Positions 29,309 to 37,609 of a stretch of DNA of 64,000 nucleotides are shown here, piece after piece. The first letter of the stretch is position 1, and every line of letters begins with the position of its first letter. The notes below the pieces were generated by a model. It searched no databases. It had not been told where the DNA came from and saw only the letters and a list, made by a program, of their open reading frames with translations. The position numbers were made by a program, and so were the translations under genes. The stretch comes from Candidatus Roizmanbacteria bacterium (lineage in GTDB: Bacteria; Patescibacteriota; Microgenomatia; UBA1406; GWC2-37-13): positions 40,999 to 104,998 of the forward strand of contig JAAXWC010000004.1 of NCBI GenBank assembly GCA_013335175.1, given 5' to 3'.

Positions 29309-29338
29309 GTCATTCCCGCACAGTCGGGAATCGTTGTT
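29309..29338. repeat. palindromic hairpin unit upstream of pyrB
   Basis: GTCATTCCCGcacagtCGGGAATCGTTGTT. Confidence 0.85.
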
Positions 29339-29391
29339 GGTTCTTTTAATCGTAGAGACGGCCAACCTGGCCGTCTAAAAAAAGGAATAAT

Positions 29392-29925
29392 GCGGGGGCA
29401 GATAATTGCGGTTATTGGTAGATATATGTTTAAGACTGCCGCGGTGTTGGAATGCTCAACTGTCCGTTTCCGATACAATGTGAGGAATTACGGACAGTTA
29501 GTCCCGCAAAGTGAAAGCACGAGCGGATACGTCGAGTGCATGAATGAGGCGGGGGCAGACAATTGCGGTTATTGGTAGATATGTGTTTAAGACTGCCGCG
29601 GTGTTGGAATGCTCAACTGTCCGTTTCCGATACAATGTGAGGAATTACGGACAGTTAGTCCCGCAACGTGATGGCATGAGGCGATTGAGCCGAATGCGAG
29701 AACGTGCGGGGGCAGACAATTGCGGTTATTGGTAGATATGTGTTTAAGACTGCCGCGGTGTTGGAATGCTCAACTGTCCGTTTCCGATACAATGTGAGGA
29801 ATTACGGACAGTTAGTCCCGCAACGTGATAGCATGAGGCGATTGAGCCGAATGCGAGAACGTGCGGGGGCAGACAATTGCGGTTATTGGTAGATATGTGT
29901 TTAAGACTGCCGCGGTGTTGGAATG
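29392..29925 (+). repeat. 157-bp tandem repeat (3 full units plus a partial 4th that runs into tRNA-Leu)
   Basis: GGGGGCAGA(C/T)AATTGCGG recurs at 29394, 29551, 29708 and 29865, a period of exactly 157. Each unit holds the tRNA upstream region, the first 17 nt of tRNA-Leu (GCCGCGGTGTTGGAATG), then a hairpin AACTGTCCGT..ACGGACAGTT. Units 2 and 3 differ at 1 position. Unit 1 has a divergent ~42-nt tail. Confidence 0.95.
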
Positions 29926-29991
29926 GCAGACAAGTCAGTCTCAAAAACTGATGGGGGCAACCCCGTGAGAGTTCGACTCTCTCCCGCGGCA
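29909..29991 (+). tRNA. tRNA-Leu (anticodon CAA), class II with long variable arm, no encoded CCA
   Basis: Acceptor GCCGCGG/CCGCGGC. Anticodon stem TCAGT/ACTGA with loop CTCAAAA. Variable arm GGGGGCAACCCC. T arm GAGAG-TTCGACT-CTCTC. Discriminator A. Confidence 0.9.
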
Positions 29992-30025
29992 CTAGAGTCG
30001 CTTTGCGAAGAACCAATATTTGTGT

Positions 30026-31189
30026 TTATTTATATTTTTCCACCTCTTCAACTGAGCTGATGATTGTTTTTTTTATTGCAGGAAACGAATTGAATAATTT
30101 TTTCTGTTTTTCTGTTAATTCTGTTCCATACTTTATCTCTATCAACTCCTTATCTTCTGTCATAAAATCCAGTTCTATACCCTCTTCATACACATACCGT
30201 AAATTTTTCTGTTTTAATTTCAAAAATACATAATTTTCAAATAAACTGCCCTTGTCACGAAAGCCAGTAAAAAAAGTTCGTATTCCTAGGTCTGCCGCAT
30301 ACAATTTTTTTGGTGCACGAACCAAGGAACTTGTTTTTCCATAGCGGGGAACTAAATAAATAAGATACGTATCTGTGAACATCTGTAAATATCGCTTTGC
30401 CGTGTCCGGAGATATTTCAAGAATATGAGCCAACTTGTTAATACTGACAATTTTTCCTGCCCGCTCCATTAATAGCAGAAAAAAATCCTTGAGTAATTGC
30501 GTATTTGTAATATTGTAATGAGCAGCAATATCTTTATACAAAATATCATCCACAAGTTGCCTCAAATACTCTACATTTTTTTCCAACACATACTCCGGCA
30601 TTCCCCCCGTTTGTAAATAATCTTCAAAATATGTATGAAGTAAATGACTATCACTTTTTTTCAAGACAATATCTTTAAAAGTTAAATATTCTGAAAAATT
30701 TAGTGGTTGTATTTCTCGGGTAATATGTCTTCCTGTTAAAAAAGAAGCGCGGTTGCGAAGCAACGTAGCACTCGAAGATGAGGCTACAATTTTTACTAAT
30801 TGCTGATCATAGATGTTTTTTAACTGACGTTCAAAACCTTTTTGATAGGTAATTTCATCCAAAAATACATAAACCGATTCCTGATACGATAACTTTTGAA
30901 GTGTTCTATATTCCTCGATCAAACTCAATATACTCTTACTGCTCAATGTGTAATCGTCCATGCTCATATAAAAAATATGGCGTGGTGACACTTTTTGTGA
31001 AAGTAGATATTGAATGAGTCGTTTCATAAGAGTTGTTTTACCCACGCGTCTGAGACCAGTTAGAAACACAATAGACTTCGATTCTAAATCTTTTTTCAAG
31101 GCAGAAAATACAACAGGACGCTCTTTATACACCGAAAATTTGTATTCATCTTCCCACCATGGATTGTACCGATAATATAATTCTTCCAT
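30026..31189 (-). CDS. AAA-type ATPase (AAA_14 plus DUF4143-like architecture)
   Basis: Walker A GLRRVGKTTL, Walker B VFLDEI. The C-terminal region resembles the DUF4143 family. Start set at MEELYYRYNPWW (31189). Confidence 0.7.
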   Translation of the reverse strand: MEELYYRYNPWWEDEYKFSVYKERPVVFSALKKDLESKSIVFLTGLRRVGKTTLMKRLIQYLLSQKVSPRHIFYMSMDDYTLSSKSILSLIEEYRTLQKLSYQESVYVFLDEITYQKGFERQLKNIYDQQLVKIVASSSSATLLRNRASFLTGRHITREIQPLNFSEYLTFKDIVLKKSDSHLLHTYFEDYLQTGGMPEYVLEKNVEYLRQLVDDILYKDIAAHYNITNTQLLKDFFLLLMERAGKIVSINKLAHILEISPDTAKRYLQMFTDTYLIYLVPRYGKTSSLVRAPKKLYAADLGIRTFFTGFRDKGSLFENYVFLKLKQKNLRYVYEEGIELDFMTEDKELIEIKYGTELTEKQKKLFNSFPAIKKTIISSVEEVEKYK

Positions 31190-31261
31190 ATAAGTATTAT
31201 ACGACACCATCGTATAAAAAGTCAATAAACTATACGACAACATCGTATAGCATCTCATACA

Positions 31262-31298
31262 ACAATAACAACGACTCCCGGCGAGCGTGAGTGACGAA
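31262..31298. repeat. degenerate hairpin unit in a divergent intergenic region
   Basis: AACAACGACTCCCGGCGAGCGTGAGTGAC. Confidence 0.6.
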
Positions 31299-31878
31299 CA
31301 GAGATTATTACTGTATAATTTTTTTCATGATTCTTGTTGCTTTCTTTATTGCAGTACTTTTTTTTTCCATCCTCGCCCTGTTTGCCTTTCCCATCTTCTC
31401 CCCCATTCCCTACTTTCCTTCAAATGGAAAGGATAAAAAACTCATACTCACTACATTGAAGTTAAAAAATAACCAGGTAATGATCGATCTCGGAGCAGGC
31501 GACGGCTGGGTGGTATTTCAAGCAGCCCATATGGCTTTTCAAAAAAAATTAAATACAAAGTTTATCGCGGTAGAACTCAATCCTATCTTAGTAATGATTT
31601 TGATGATTTTGCGCATTTTTCATCCGAATAGGAATAACATTACCGTAATACGCGGAGATATCTTTTCGATAGATTATTCTCCTTTTCAAACTTCAAACCC
31701 AAACTTTCACATTCTATTTTATATGTATATTTCTCCCTGGCTTATTGACCGCGTAGTTAAAAAAATACGAGCGGCTATCCCCCACTATTCAATGGTATCC
31801 TATTACTATCCGGTAAAAAATATGAACGCATATTCTGAACAGAAAGGAATCCATTCTATTTACCGCTATGAAATATGA
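31291..31878 (+). CDS. class I SAM-dependent methyltransferase with N-terminal TM segment
   Basis: Motif I MIDLGAGDGWVV. GTG start at 31291, with an alternative ATG at 31327. ATGA overlap with the next gene. Confidence 0.6.
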   Translation: MTNRDYYCIIFFMILVAFFIAVLFFSILALFAFPIFSPIPYFPSNGKDKKLILTTLKLKNNQVMIDLGAGDGWVVFQAAHMAFQKKLNTKFIAVELNPILVMILMILRIFHPNRNNITVIRGDIFSIDYSPFQTSNPNFHILFYMYISPWLIDRVVKKIRAAIPHYSMVSYYYPVKNMNAYSEQKGIHSIYRYEI

Positions 31879-32411
31879 ACTATTTACAAAATCTAGATTC
31901 TCAACTTTCCCACCTTATTTTTCAGTTCATCCCTCATACATCACTAACTGACATATTATTTTCTTTTCTTTCCTTGAAGGGAAACTCTATTGTCATCTGG
32001 CTTCTACTCCTCGGGATATTATTTTTATTTGAAGAAAAACGCAATAAAAAATTTCTCGTTTATTTTATTACCACTTTTGTTATTACCTCATTCATTGTTA
32101 TCGGTATAAAAGACGTAATAAAACGACCTCGCCCCTGTCATGTTTTTCAACCCATTGTTTCGTATCACTGCCCTACCGACGCTAGTTTTCCCTCTGCACA
32201 TGCCGCTGCGGCGTTTGCTTCTGCTCTTATTTTTGCGTACTTTGATAAAAAACGTGCGGGATTTTATTATGGATTGGCCTTTCTCATCGCGCTCTCTCGT
32301 GTATATTTTGGATACCATTATGTAGGAGATGTGGTAGGAGGAGGGGTACTAGGGATTGCGGTGAGCTATATCATATTACGTAATCATCGAGTAACAACAA
32401 GGAGCATATAA
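31875..32411 (+). CDS. PAP2 family phosphatase (undecaprenyl-diphosphatase-like)
   Basis: All three PAP2 motifs: KDVIKRPRP, SFPSAH, SRVYFGYHYVGD. Confidence 0.85.
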   Translation: MNYLQNLDSQLSHLIFQFIPHTSLTDILFSFLSLKGNSIVIWLLLLGILFLFEEKRNKKFLVYFITTFVITSFIVIGIKDVIKRPRPCHVFQPIVSYHCPTDASFPSAHAAAAFASALIFAYFDKKRAGFYYGLAFLIALSRVYFGYHYVGDVVGGGVLGIAVSYIILRNHRVTTRSI

Positions 32412-32489
32412 CGTACAAAAAAATAATCAGTAGACCAGATATTAAACAATCAATCAATTTTTTGTAGCTTCATCCAAAGAAAATGAAGA

Positions 32490-33473
32490 TTATCGATTTG
32501 ACAACTTCCGGTATTTTCTACCTAAAAGAATACCAAGCTTACTCCGTACTGCGACATTATTTTTAGCTCCAAAAAGCAAGCTGTTAATTGCCTCGTTTCG
32601 CCGATTCATATATTCATTATCTGCCTCAGTTAGCGGCAAACCATTATTTCTTTCCGAGAGGTCTTGCATATTCTCCTCAGCATATCCTTCTGTTTGTTTC
32701 AAAATGGGAACCACATCTGCAAGTGTATCAAGAAATAGACAACCTGAATATGACTCTTCTTGGACAATTGCACGAAGTTCTTGGGGTGTAAGAAAGGTTA
32801 TACTACCCACAATCTTGGTTACTGATTCAACGAGATCTTGCAAAGCAACATCTTTTTGTCTTGGGTCTGCAATCTTAAGTACTTCATTAAGTTTATTAGG
32901 TACCTCTTCAATTGTTTTCTTTCCTGTCTCATTATAGTCTGAAACTGAATTACGTGTGCTATAACCACTCAATATTGAACCTTTACTTTTACGAAGTAAC
33001 ATTTCTGTAATAACACGAAACCTCTCTTTATCCCATAACAGTAACATGGTTTTCGCTTGCTCTTCTCGCTCACGCCGCATATATAACTCAACTAAAGGAT
33101 CTAATGCTTGAGTAAATTTTTCTAAATCAGCTTCCTTCAACTCCCACACTTTGGCCGCACTTTTTCGTAATTCATCTACGCTGACAAGTGAAGTTCTTTT
33201 TACTCCAACAACATTTAATCCAAATAATAGCCTCAATTCTGCCTCTATTGGAGGTTTTCTTGGTTCTTTATCATCATTAGGAAATACATACTCAGGATCA
33301 ATAACTGATAGTACATCCTTTATCGAACCACTTTGTCTTATAACATTGAGTCTATGAGATAAAACGTCAACTACACTTCCAAATTGAGAATTATTCTTCC
33401 ATGGGCCTTCTAGTGATTCAAGAGAGCTAGTAGGACCTGTCTGTATTGAGGAAAAGCCTTCAATTTCTGGCAT
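32490..33473 (-). CDS. hypothetical protein
   Basis: 327-aa ORF, soluble, with no motif I recognise. Confidence 0.45.
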   Translation of the reverse strand: MPEIEGFSSIQTGPTSSLESLEGPWKNNSQFGSVVDVLSHRLNVIRQSGSIKDVLSVIDPEYVFPNDDKEPRKPPIEAELRLLFGLNVVGVKRTSLVSVDELRKSAAKVWELKEADLEKFTQALDPLVELYMRREREEQAKTMLLLWDKERFRVITEMLLRKSKGSILSGYSTRNSVSDYNETGKKTIEEVPNKLNEVLKIADPRQKDVALQDLVESVTKIVGSITFLTPQELRAIVQEESYSGCLFLDTLADVVPILKQTEGYAEENMQDLSERNNGLPLTEADNEYMNRRNEAINSLLFGAKNNVAVRSKLGILLGRKYRKLSNR

Positions 33474-33563
33474 ATATATTATATATTATCATTCTATCAG
33501 TAATATGCAACTGTTTTTTACATTGCCGCAGTTTTATTTTCTCAAACGAATTTTGCTTCCACA

Positions 33564-34910
33564 CTACAAACTATTCACTTTATCCACGGTGTAGAACTTT
33601 ACCCGATCTCCGCGGAACAGGAGGTCGATTTCTCCAACCGGGCCGTTTCGATGTTTCGCAATCAGAAGTTTCATATTTCGTTTATTGGGATCTAACAAAT
33701 CTTCTGTTTCTTCTTCCTGGTAAATAAACATAACAACGTCTGCATCCTGTTCAATTGCCCCCGATTCACGAAGATCGGCAAGCTGTGGTTTTTTCACATT
33801 TCGCTGCTCCACTGCACGGGAAAGCTGAGAAAGCGCCAAAACGGGAATTCTCAGTTCACGAGCGAGGTTCTTTAACCCCTGTGAAACAAATGAAACCTCC
33901 TGTACGCGCGATTCCATCTTTCGTCCGGCATCCGCAAGCTGTAAGTAGTCTACGATAATCATTTTTAAATCGTGTTCTGCCTTTAGTTTTCGGGCTTTCG
34001 TACGCATTTCCAAAATCGTAGAACCGGGCGTATCATCAATAAAAATGGGGGCTTCAGCCAAATCTCCCATTGCCTCCGTTAAACGTTTCATATCGTCATC
34101 CGATAATCGGCCCGTTTTCAAACGCCATGCATCTATGTCTGCCTGCCCCACCAAAAGACGGTCCACAAGTTCTTCCTTACTCATTTCCAACGAAAAGAAT
34201 CCGACCGGCATCTTGTGTTTTGTTGCTACATTGAGTGCGATATTCAAGGCAAAACTTGTTTTTCCAACACCCGGACGAGCTGCAAGAATCACTAAATTGG
34301 AAGCCTGCATTCCGGAAAGTTTGTTATCTAAATCCGTGTAACCAGTAGGAACCCCTCGCATTGAGTTTCCCCCATCGCGTCCAAACTCCTCCAATCGTTC
34401 AAAACTTTGAGTAAGAATTTCTTTGAGCTGAATAAAATCGCGGTGCATGTGCTCCTGCGAAAGAGCAAAAATCTGACTTTCTGCATGATCCAAAAGCATC
34501 TTTACATCTCCGGTATCTTCAAATGCTTCTTCCACCATTTTAGAAGAAAGCTCAATCATTTTCCGTTTCGTGTAAAACCCCTTAATAATATTGGCATAGT
34601 GCTCCACATACGCCGCCGTAGGTACCGTGTTAATCAAATCGGACAAATAACTTACTCCCCCGATTTTTTTGAGGGTACCCTCTTTTGTTAGAGCGTTTTT
34701 TAAGGTAACAACATCTACGGGCTGTTGCTGTTCAAATAATGAAATGATGGCAGAAAAAATAAATTGGTGTTCTGGTTGGTAAAAATGTTCAGGACGAAGA
34801 ATCTCAATAACCGTAGTAATAGTTGAAGGATCAATTAAAACAGCCCCCAAAACAGATTTTTCCGTATCTAAATCGTGCGGAGGAACTTTCAAGGCATCAG
34901 TCATTGACAT
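33564..34910 (-). CDS. dnaB: replicative DNA helicase
   Basis: 448 aa. Walker A ARPGVGKTSFALN, Walker B MIIVDYLQL. The N-terminal DnaB domain starts at PHDLDTEKSVLG. Confidence 0.95.
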   Translation of the reverse strand: MSMTDALKVPPHDLDTEKSVLGAVLIDPSTITTVIEILRPEHFYQPEHQFIFSAIISLFEQQQPVDVVTLKNALTKEGTLKKIGGVSYLSDLINTVPTAAYVEHYANIIKGFYTKRKMIELSSKMVEEAFEDTGDVKMLLDHAESQIFALSQEHMHRDFIQLKEILTQSFERLEEFGRDGGNSMRGVPTGYTDLDNKLSGMQASNLVILAARPGVGKTSFALNIALNVATKHKMPVGFFSLEMSKEELVDRLLVGQADIDAWRLKTGRLSDDDMKRLTEAMGDLAEAPIFIDDTPGSTILEMRTKARKLKAEHDLKMIIVDYLQLADAGRKMESRVQEVSFVSQGLKNLARELRIPVLALSQLSRAVEQRNVKKPQLADLRESGAIEQDADVVMFIYQEEETEDLLDPNKRNMKLLIAKHRNGPVGEIDLLFRGDRVKFYTVDKVNSL

Positions 34911-34912
34911 AC

Positions 34913-35569
34913 TTAGGGAGTAATCTTCATAACCACAACCTTCATCTCTTCTTGCATAATGTCTTCTTTTTTCAGTACGAGTTTATCGATAGGTTCTGGT
35001 TCGGGGACTCCCATTTTATGAATAAATTCATCAACACCGGCAAGAGTAGGAAACTGTTCCTGGTTCAAACCGGGAGTGTTGTAATGCATTGGAATTACAT
35101 AGGTTGGTTCTATTTTCTTTACCAGTTCAGCTGCCTGAGCACTATCAATCGTGTGAAGTCCGCCAACTGGCACCAGAAGAATATCTACTTCTCCGACGTC
35201 TGCGATAAAACCATTATCGGGAACTACTCCTAAATCACCGCAGTGTAAAATGGTGATTCCTTCCATTTCAAATTTGTAGAGAATATTTTCTCCTCTTTCT
35301 GCTCCTTTTTTATTATCATGAAAGGAAGAGTATCCAAAAATGCGCACTTCTTGTTTCTCAAATTCACCGGGCCAATCGATAATTAAGGGATTATCCCCCA
35401 CGGCGGGACTATTGTTATGATCCGGATGCTGATGAGAAACTGTTACAATATCGGCTTCCAGTTTGGGAAGACTAAATCCAACAACCTGAGGATCGAATGG
35501 ATCTGTTATTACTCGAGCAACAGCGGTTTTAATTGAGAAGCATGAATGACCGAAATATTTTATTTCCAT
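34913..35569 (-). CDS. MBL-fold metallo-hydrolase
   Basis: HxHxDH motif (SHQHPDH). 218 aa. Confidence 0.8.
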   Translation of the reverse strand: MEIKYFGHSCFSIKTAVARVITDPFDPQVVGFSLPKLEADIVTVSHQHPDHNNSPAVGDNPLIIDWPGEFEKQEVRIFGYSSFHDNKKGAERGENILYKFEMEGITILHCGDLGVVPDNGFIADVGEVDILLVPVGGLHTIDSAQAAELVKKIEPTYVIPMHYNTPGLNQEQFPTLAGVDEFIHKMGVPEPEPIDKLVLKKEDIMQEEMKVVVMKITP

Positions 35570-35635
35570 AGCAGGTCAAAGATAACAAAAAATCAAACGA
35601 AAGTCAAAAGAAAAACGACAGGAGGGTATAAGAAT

Positions 35636-35998
35636 ACTTCTTCCCGGGAATCCATGTATTTAGTTTATTGTATAGATTCCCCCGGATCGGCGCAGTCCGG
35701 GGCAGGCTCCTCAGGACGGAATGACCTACAAAAAGAATGGGTGGCACGAGTCAGGGGTCTCACGCACTTTTGATGGTGGTGTAATGCTCAAACTCAAGTG
35801 CGTGGGAAAGACGAGTGGCAGGCCTCCATTCTTTTTGAAGGAGAGAGTATTGATCCACTGGATCCCCTCGTTCGAGGGGATGACGTAATGACCACTGTTA
35901 GGCCGCCATTCTTTTCGAAGCGTTGTTGAATTGAATAGATTCCGGATCACGCTCATTCCATTCGCTGTCCGGAATGACGACAGAAGGTTCTGGAACGA
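35636..35998. repeat. mosaic palindromic-repeat cluster including one ~110-nt composite element (35728..35840)
   Basis: Hairpin units (ATCCCCTCGttCGAGGGGAT; CATTCGCTGTCCGGAATGAC) plus the element AAAAAGAATGGGTGGCACGAGTCAGGGGTCTCAC...GGGAAAGACGAGTGGCAGGCCTCCATTCTTTTTGAAGG, also found at 36896..37004 and, inverted, at 45597..45708. Confidence 0.9.
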
Positions 35999-36002
35999 CA
36001 AT

Positions 36003-36752
36003 CTATTTCTTCCCCACAAGTTGTTTAAATCCTTCAAGAATCTCAACCGGGACCGCAAACACAACCGTATTTGCCGGATTTGAGGTAGAAGACTCGATCG
36101 TTTGTAAAGTACGCAAAGAAATCGCTCCGCTTTCTGTCAAAACCTTCATGGCCTGAGTTAAGTTCTGTGAGGCAGACAGTTCTCCCTGCGATCGAATGAT
36201 AGTCGCTCGTCGTTCACGTTCCGCTTCTGCTTGCTTTGCCATCACACGTTTCATATCTCCTGGAACCTCGATATCCTGAATTTTGATAGCGGTTACATCA
36301 ATACCCCAATCGGTGGTTTCACTATCTACAATCTGCTTTATTTCATCCGCTAATTTTTGTCGTTCTACCAACAATGTATCCAATTCTACCCCGCCGATTA
36401 CATCACGCAGTGCCGTTTGCGCATACTGTGTTATTGCATAGGTATAATCCTGAATTTTCAAAACAGCATCTTCTGGCCTTGTTACCTGAAAATATACCAC
36501 TGCGTTAATGCCAACGGGTACATTGTCCCGGGTAATTACTTCTTGCTGGGGAATATCTGCAGTACGAATACGAACATCCACCTTAATTGCTCGCTGAAAA
36601 ATGGGGACCAATAGCTTTAGCCCTGGTTGCAGGGTGTAAGAATATTTTCCCAGCGTAAGAACGATTCCCCGCTCATACTGATCAATAATAACCAACATTT
36701 TGAAAAAAAGCGCCACCCCGATAATTAAGAGTATCAAAATAACTATTTCCAT
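36003..36752 (-). CDS. SPFH/band-7 (stomatin/prohibitin-like) membrane protein
   Basis: N-terminal TM helix MEIVILILLIIGVALFF followed by an SPFH core (VDVRIRTADIPQQEVITRDNVPVGINAVVYFQV). The ORF-track N-terminal extension to 37028 is translated repeat DNA and was trimmed. Confidence 0.85.
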   Translation of the reverse strand: MEIVILILLIIGVALFFKMLVIIDQYERGIVLTLGKYSYTLQPGLKLLVPIFQRAIKVDVRIRTADIPQQEVITRDNVPVGINAVVYFQVTRPEDAVLKIQDYTYAITQYAQTALRDVIGGVELDTLLVERQKLADEIKQIVDSETTDWGIDVTAIKIQDIEVPGDMKRVMAKQAEAERERRATIIRSQGELSASQNLTQAMKVLTESGAISLRTLQTIESSTSNPANTVVFAVPVEILEGFKQLVGKK

Positions 36753-36895
36753 GAAAATATATAAACTTATATATACCTTTAATAGTAGGACGAAACGCAG
36801 CTTTGTCAAGGATATTTCTGTTAACCTCTTCCGGTCATTAAAGCTACGATACAAAGCACAGCACCTGGTTCGTAAGATTTTGGGTTCCGATAGAC

Positions 36896-37062
36896 ACAAA
36901 AAGAATGGGTGGCACGAGTCAGGGGTCTCACCCACTTGTGACGCGGGTGTTCTAGAAGTCAAGTGGGTGGGAAAGACGAGTGACAGGCCGCCGTTCTTTT
37001 TGAAACAATGATTCCACCGGATCGACATAAGGCCGGGGCAGGCTCCTCAGTCCGAAATGACG
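36896..37062. repeat. composite ~110-nt element (direct copy of 35728..35840) plus hairpin unit
   Basis: Near-identical ends AAAAAGAATGGGTGGCACGAGTCAGGGGTCTCAC and GGGAAAGACGAGTGACAGGCCGCCGTTCTTTTTGAA. Followed by GGGGCAGGCTCCTCAGTCCGAAATGAC, as at 35700. Confidence 0.9.
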
Positions 37063-37072
37063 ACAGATCCCG

Positions 37073-37474
37073 TTACTGACAAATCATCTTTTTCACTTCC
37101 TCTTTTTGTTTCTCCGGCAGTTTGTCTACCTGCTTCACCAAATTCCCAACCGTATTTTGAAAAATATACTCTCCAACAACCTCACCTGCTTTTGAAGCAG
37201 TATCTGATGCCAGTGCTGTGGCCTGCTTTGTGACCCCTCCAATCGCCGTTTGCGCCTGTTGAGAGACATCTTTATATACTGCTTCCCATTCAACCGGAAC
37301 TGGAGTTGGTGAAGAAAAAACCGATTGAACACCCAAAACGCGCGGTTTCGCCTTGCTCTTTCCAAAATACAGTGATCCAACCACTACAAATCCGATGACT
37401 CCTGCGGTGAGCCATAGTTTCCACGAAGGAATACCTGGGTTTTTCTCGATCGGATGAATCTGCATATGTTCCAT
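37073..37474 (-). CDS. membrane-anchored hypothetical protein
   Basis: Start set at MEHMQIH (37474) because the ORF-track extension overlaps tRNA-Thr. One TM helix (WLTAGVIGFVVVGSLYF). Confidence 0.45.
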   Translation of the reverse strand: MEHMQIHPIEKNPGIPSWKLWLTAGVIGFVVVGSLYFGKSKAKPRVLGVQSVFSSPTPVPVEWEAVYKDVSQQAQTAIGGVTKQATALASDTASKAGEVVGEYIFQNTVGNLVKQVDKLPEKQKEEVKKMICQ

Positions 37475-37515
37475 TATATTACGAATTCTATGATAAAATA
37501 TTCTGTTATACGAAG

Positions 37516-37587
37516 GCCCAAATGGCTCAGTGGCAGAGCGTGTTCTTGGTAAGAACAAGGTCGTGGGTTCGATTCCCACTTTGGGCT
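37516..37587 (+). tRNA. tRNA-Thr (anticodon GGT)
   Basis: Acceptor GCCCAAA/TTTGGGC. D arm GCTC-AGTGGCA-GAGC. Anticodon stem TGTTC/GAACA with loop TTGGTAA. T arm GTGGG-TTCGATT-CCCAC. Confidence 0.9.
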
Positions 37588-37609
37588 CAAAATAATTACC
37601 CTACCTTAC

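Noticed and set aside
29390-29892. Three 62-63-aa ORFs (29390..29578, 29544..29735, 29704..29892) and the antisense ORF 29744..30016.
   Set aside because: They lie entirely within the 157-bp tandem repeat. The period is not a multiple of 3, so each ORF is the same DNA read until the frame drifts into a stop. There is no RBS, and the start codons differ between units. The antisense ORF overlaps tRNA-Leu.
29392-29925. Possible CRISPR array, either the 157-bp repeats or the 19-21-nt tandem units at 45512..45553 and 48527..48587.
   Set aside because: The repeat unit of about 115 conserved nt is far too long. Spacers 2 and 3 are near-identical. The 21-nt units are contiguous with no spacers. No cas genes are present in the window.
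36753-37028. N-terminal extensions of ORF-track calls: SPFH to 37028, GT2 from 42641, the 37073 gene to 37579, carA to 28229, and the YebC-family gene to 6780.
   Set aside because: The extensions run through repeat DNA, a tRNA gene or the upstream gene. Internal ATGs give N-termini that match the family (TM helix, MSGHSKW, MKTLTLIIPVYNE, MNTKLLLQDG).
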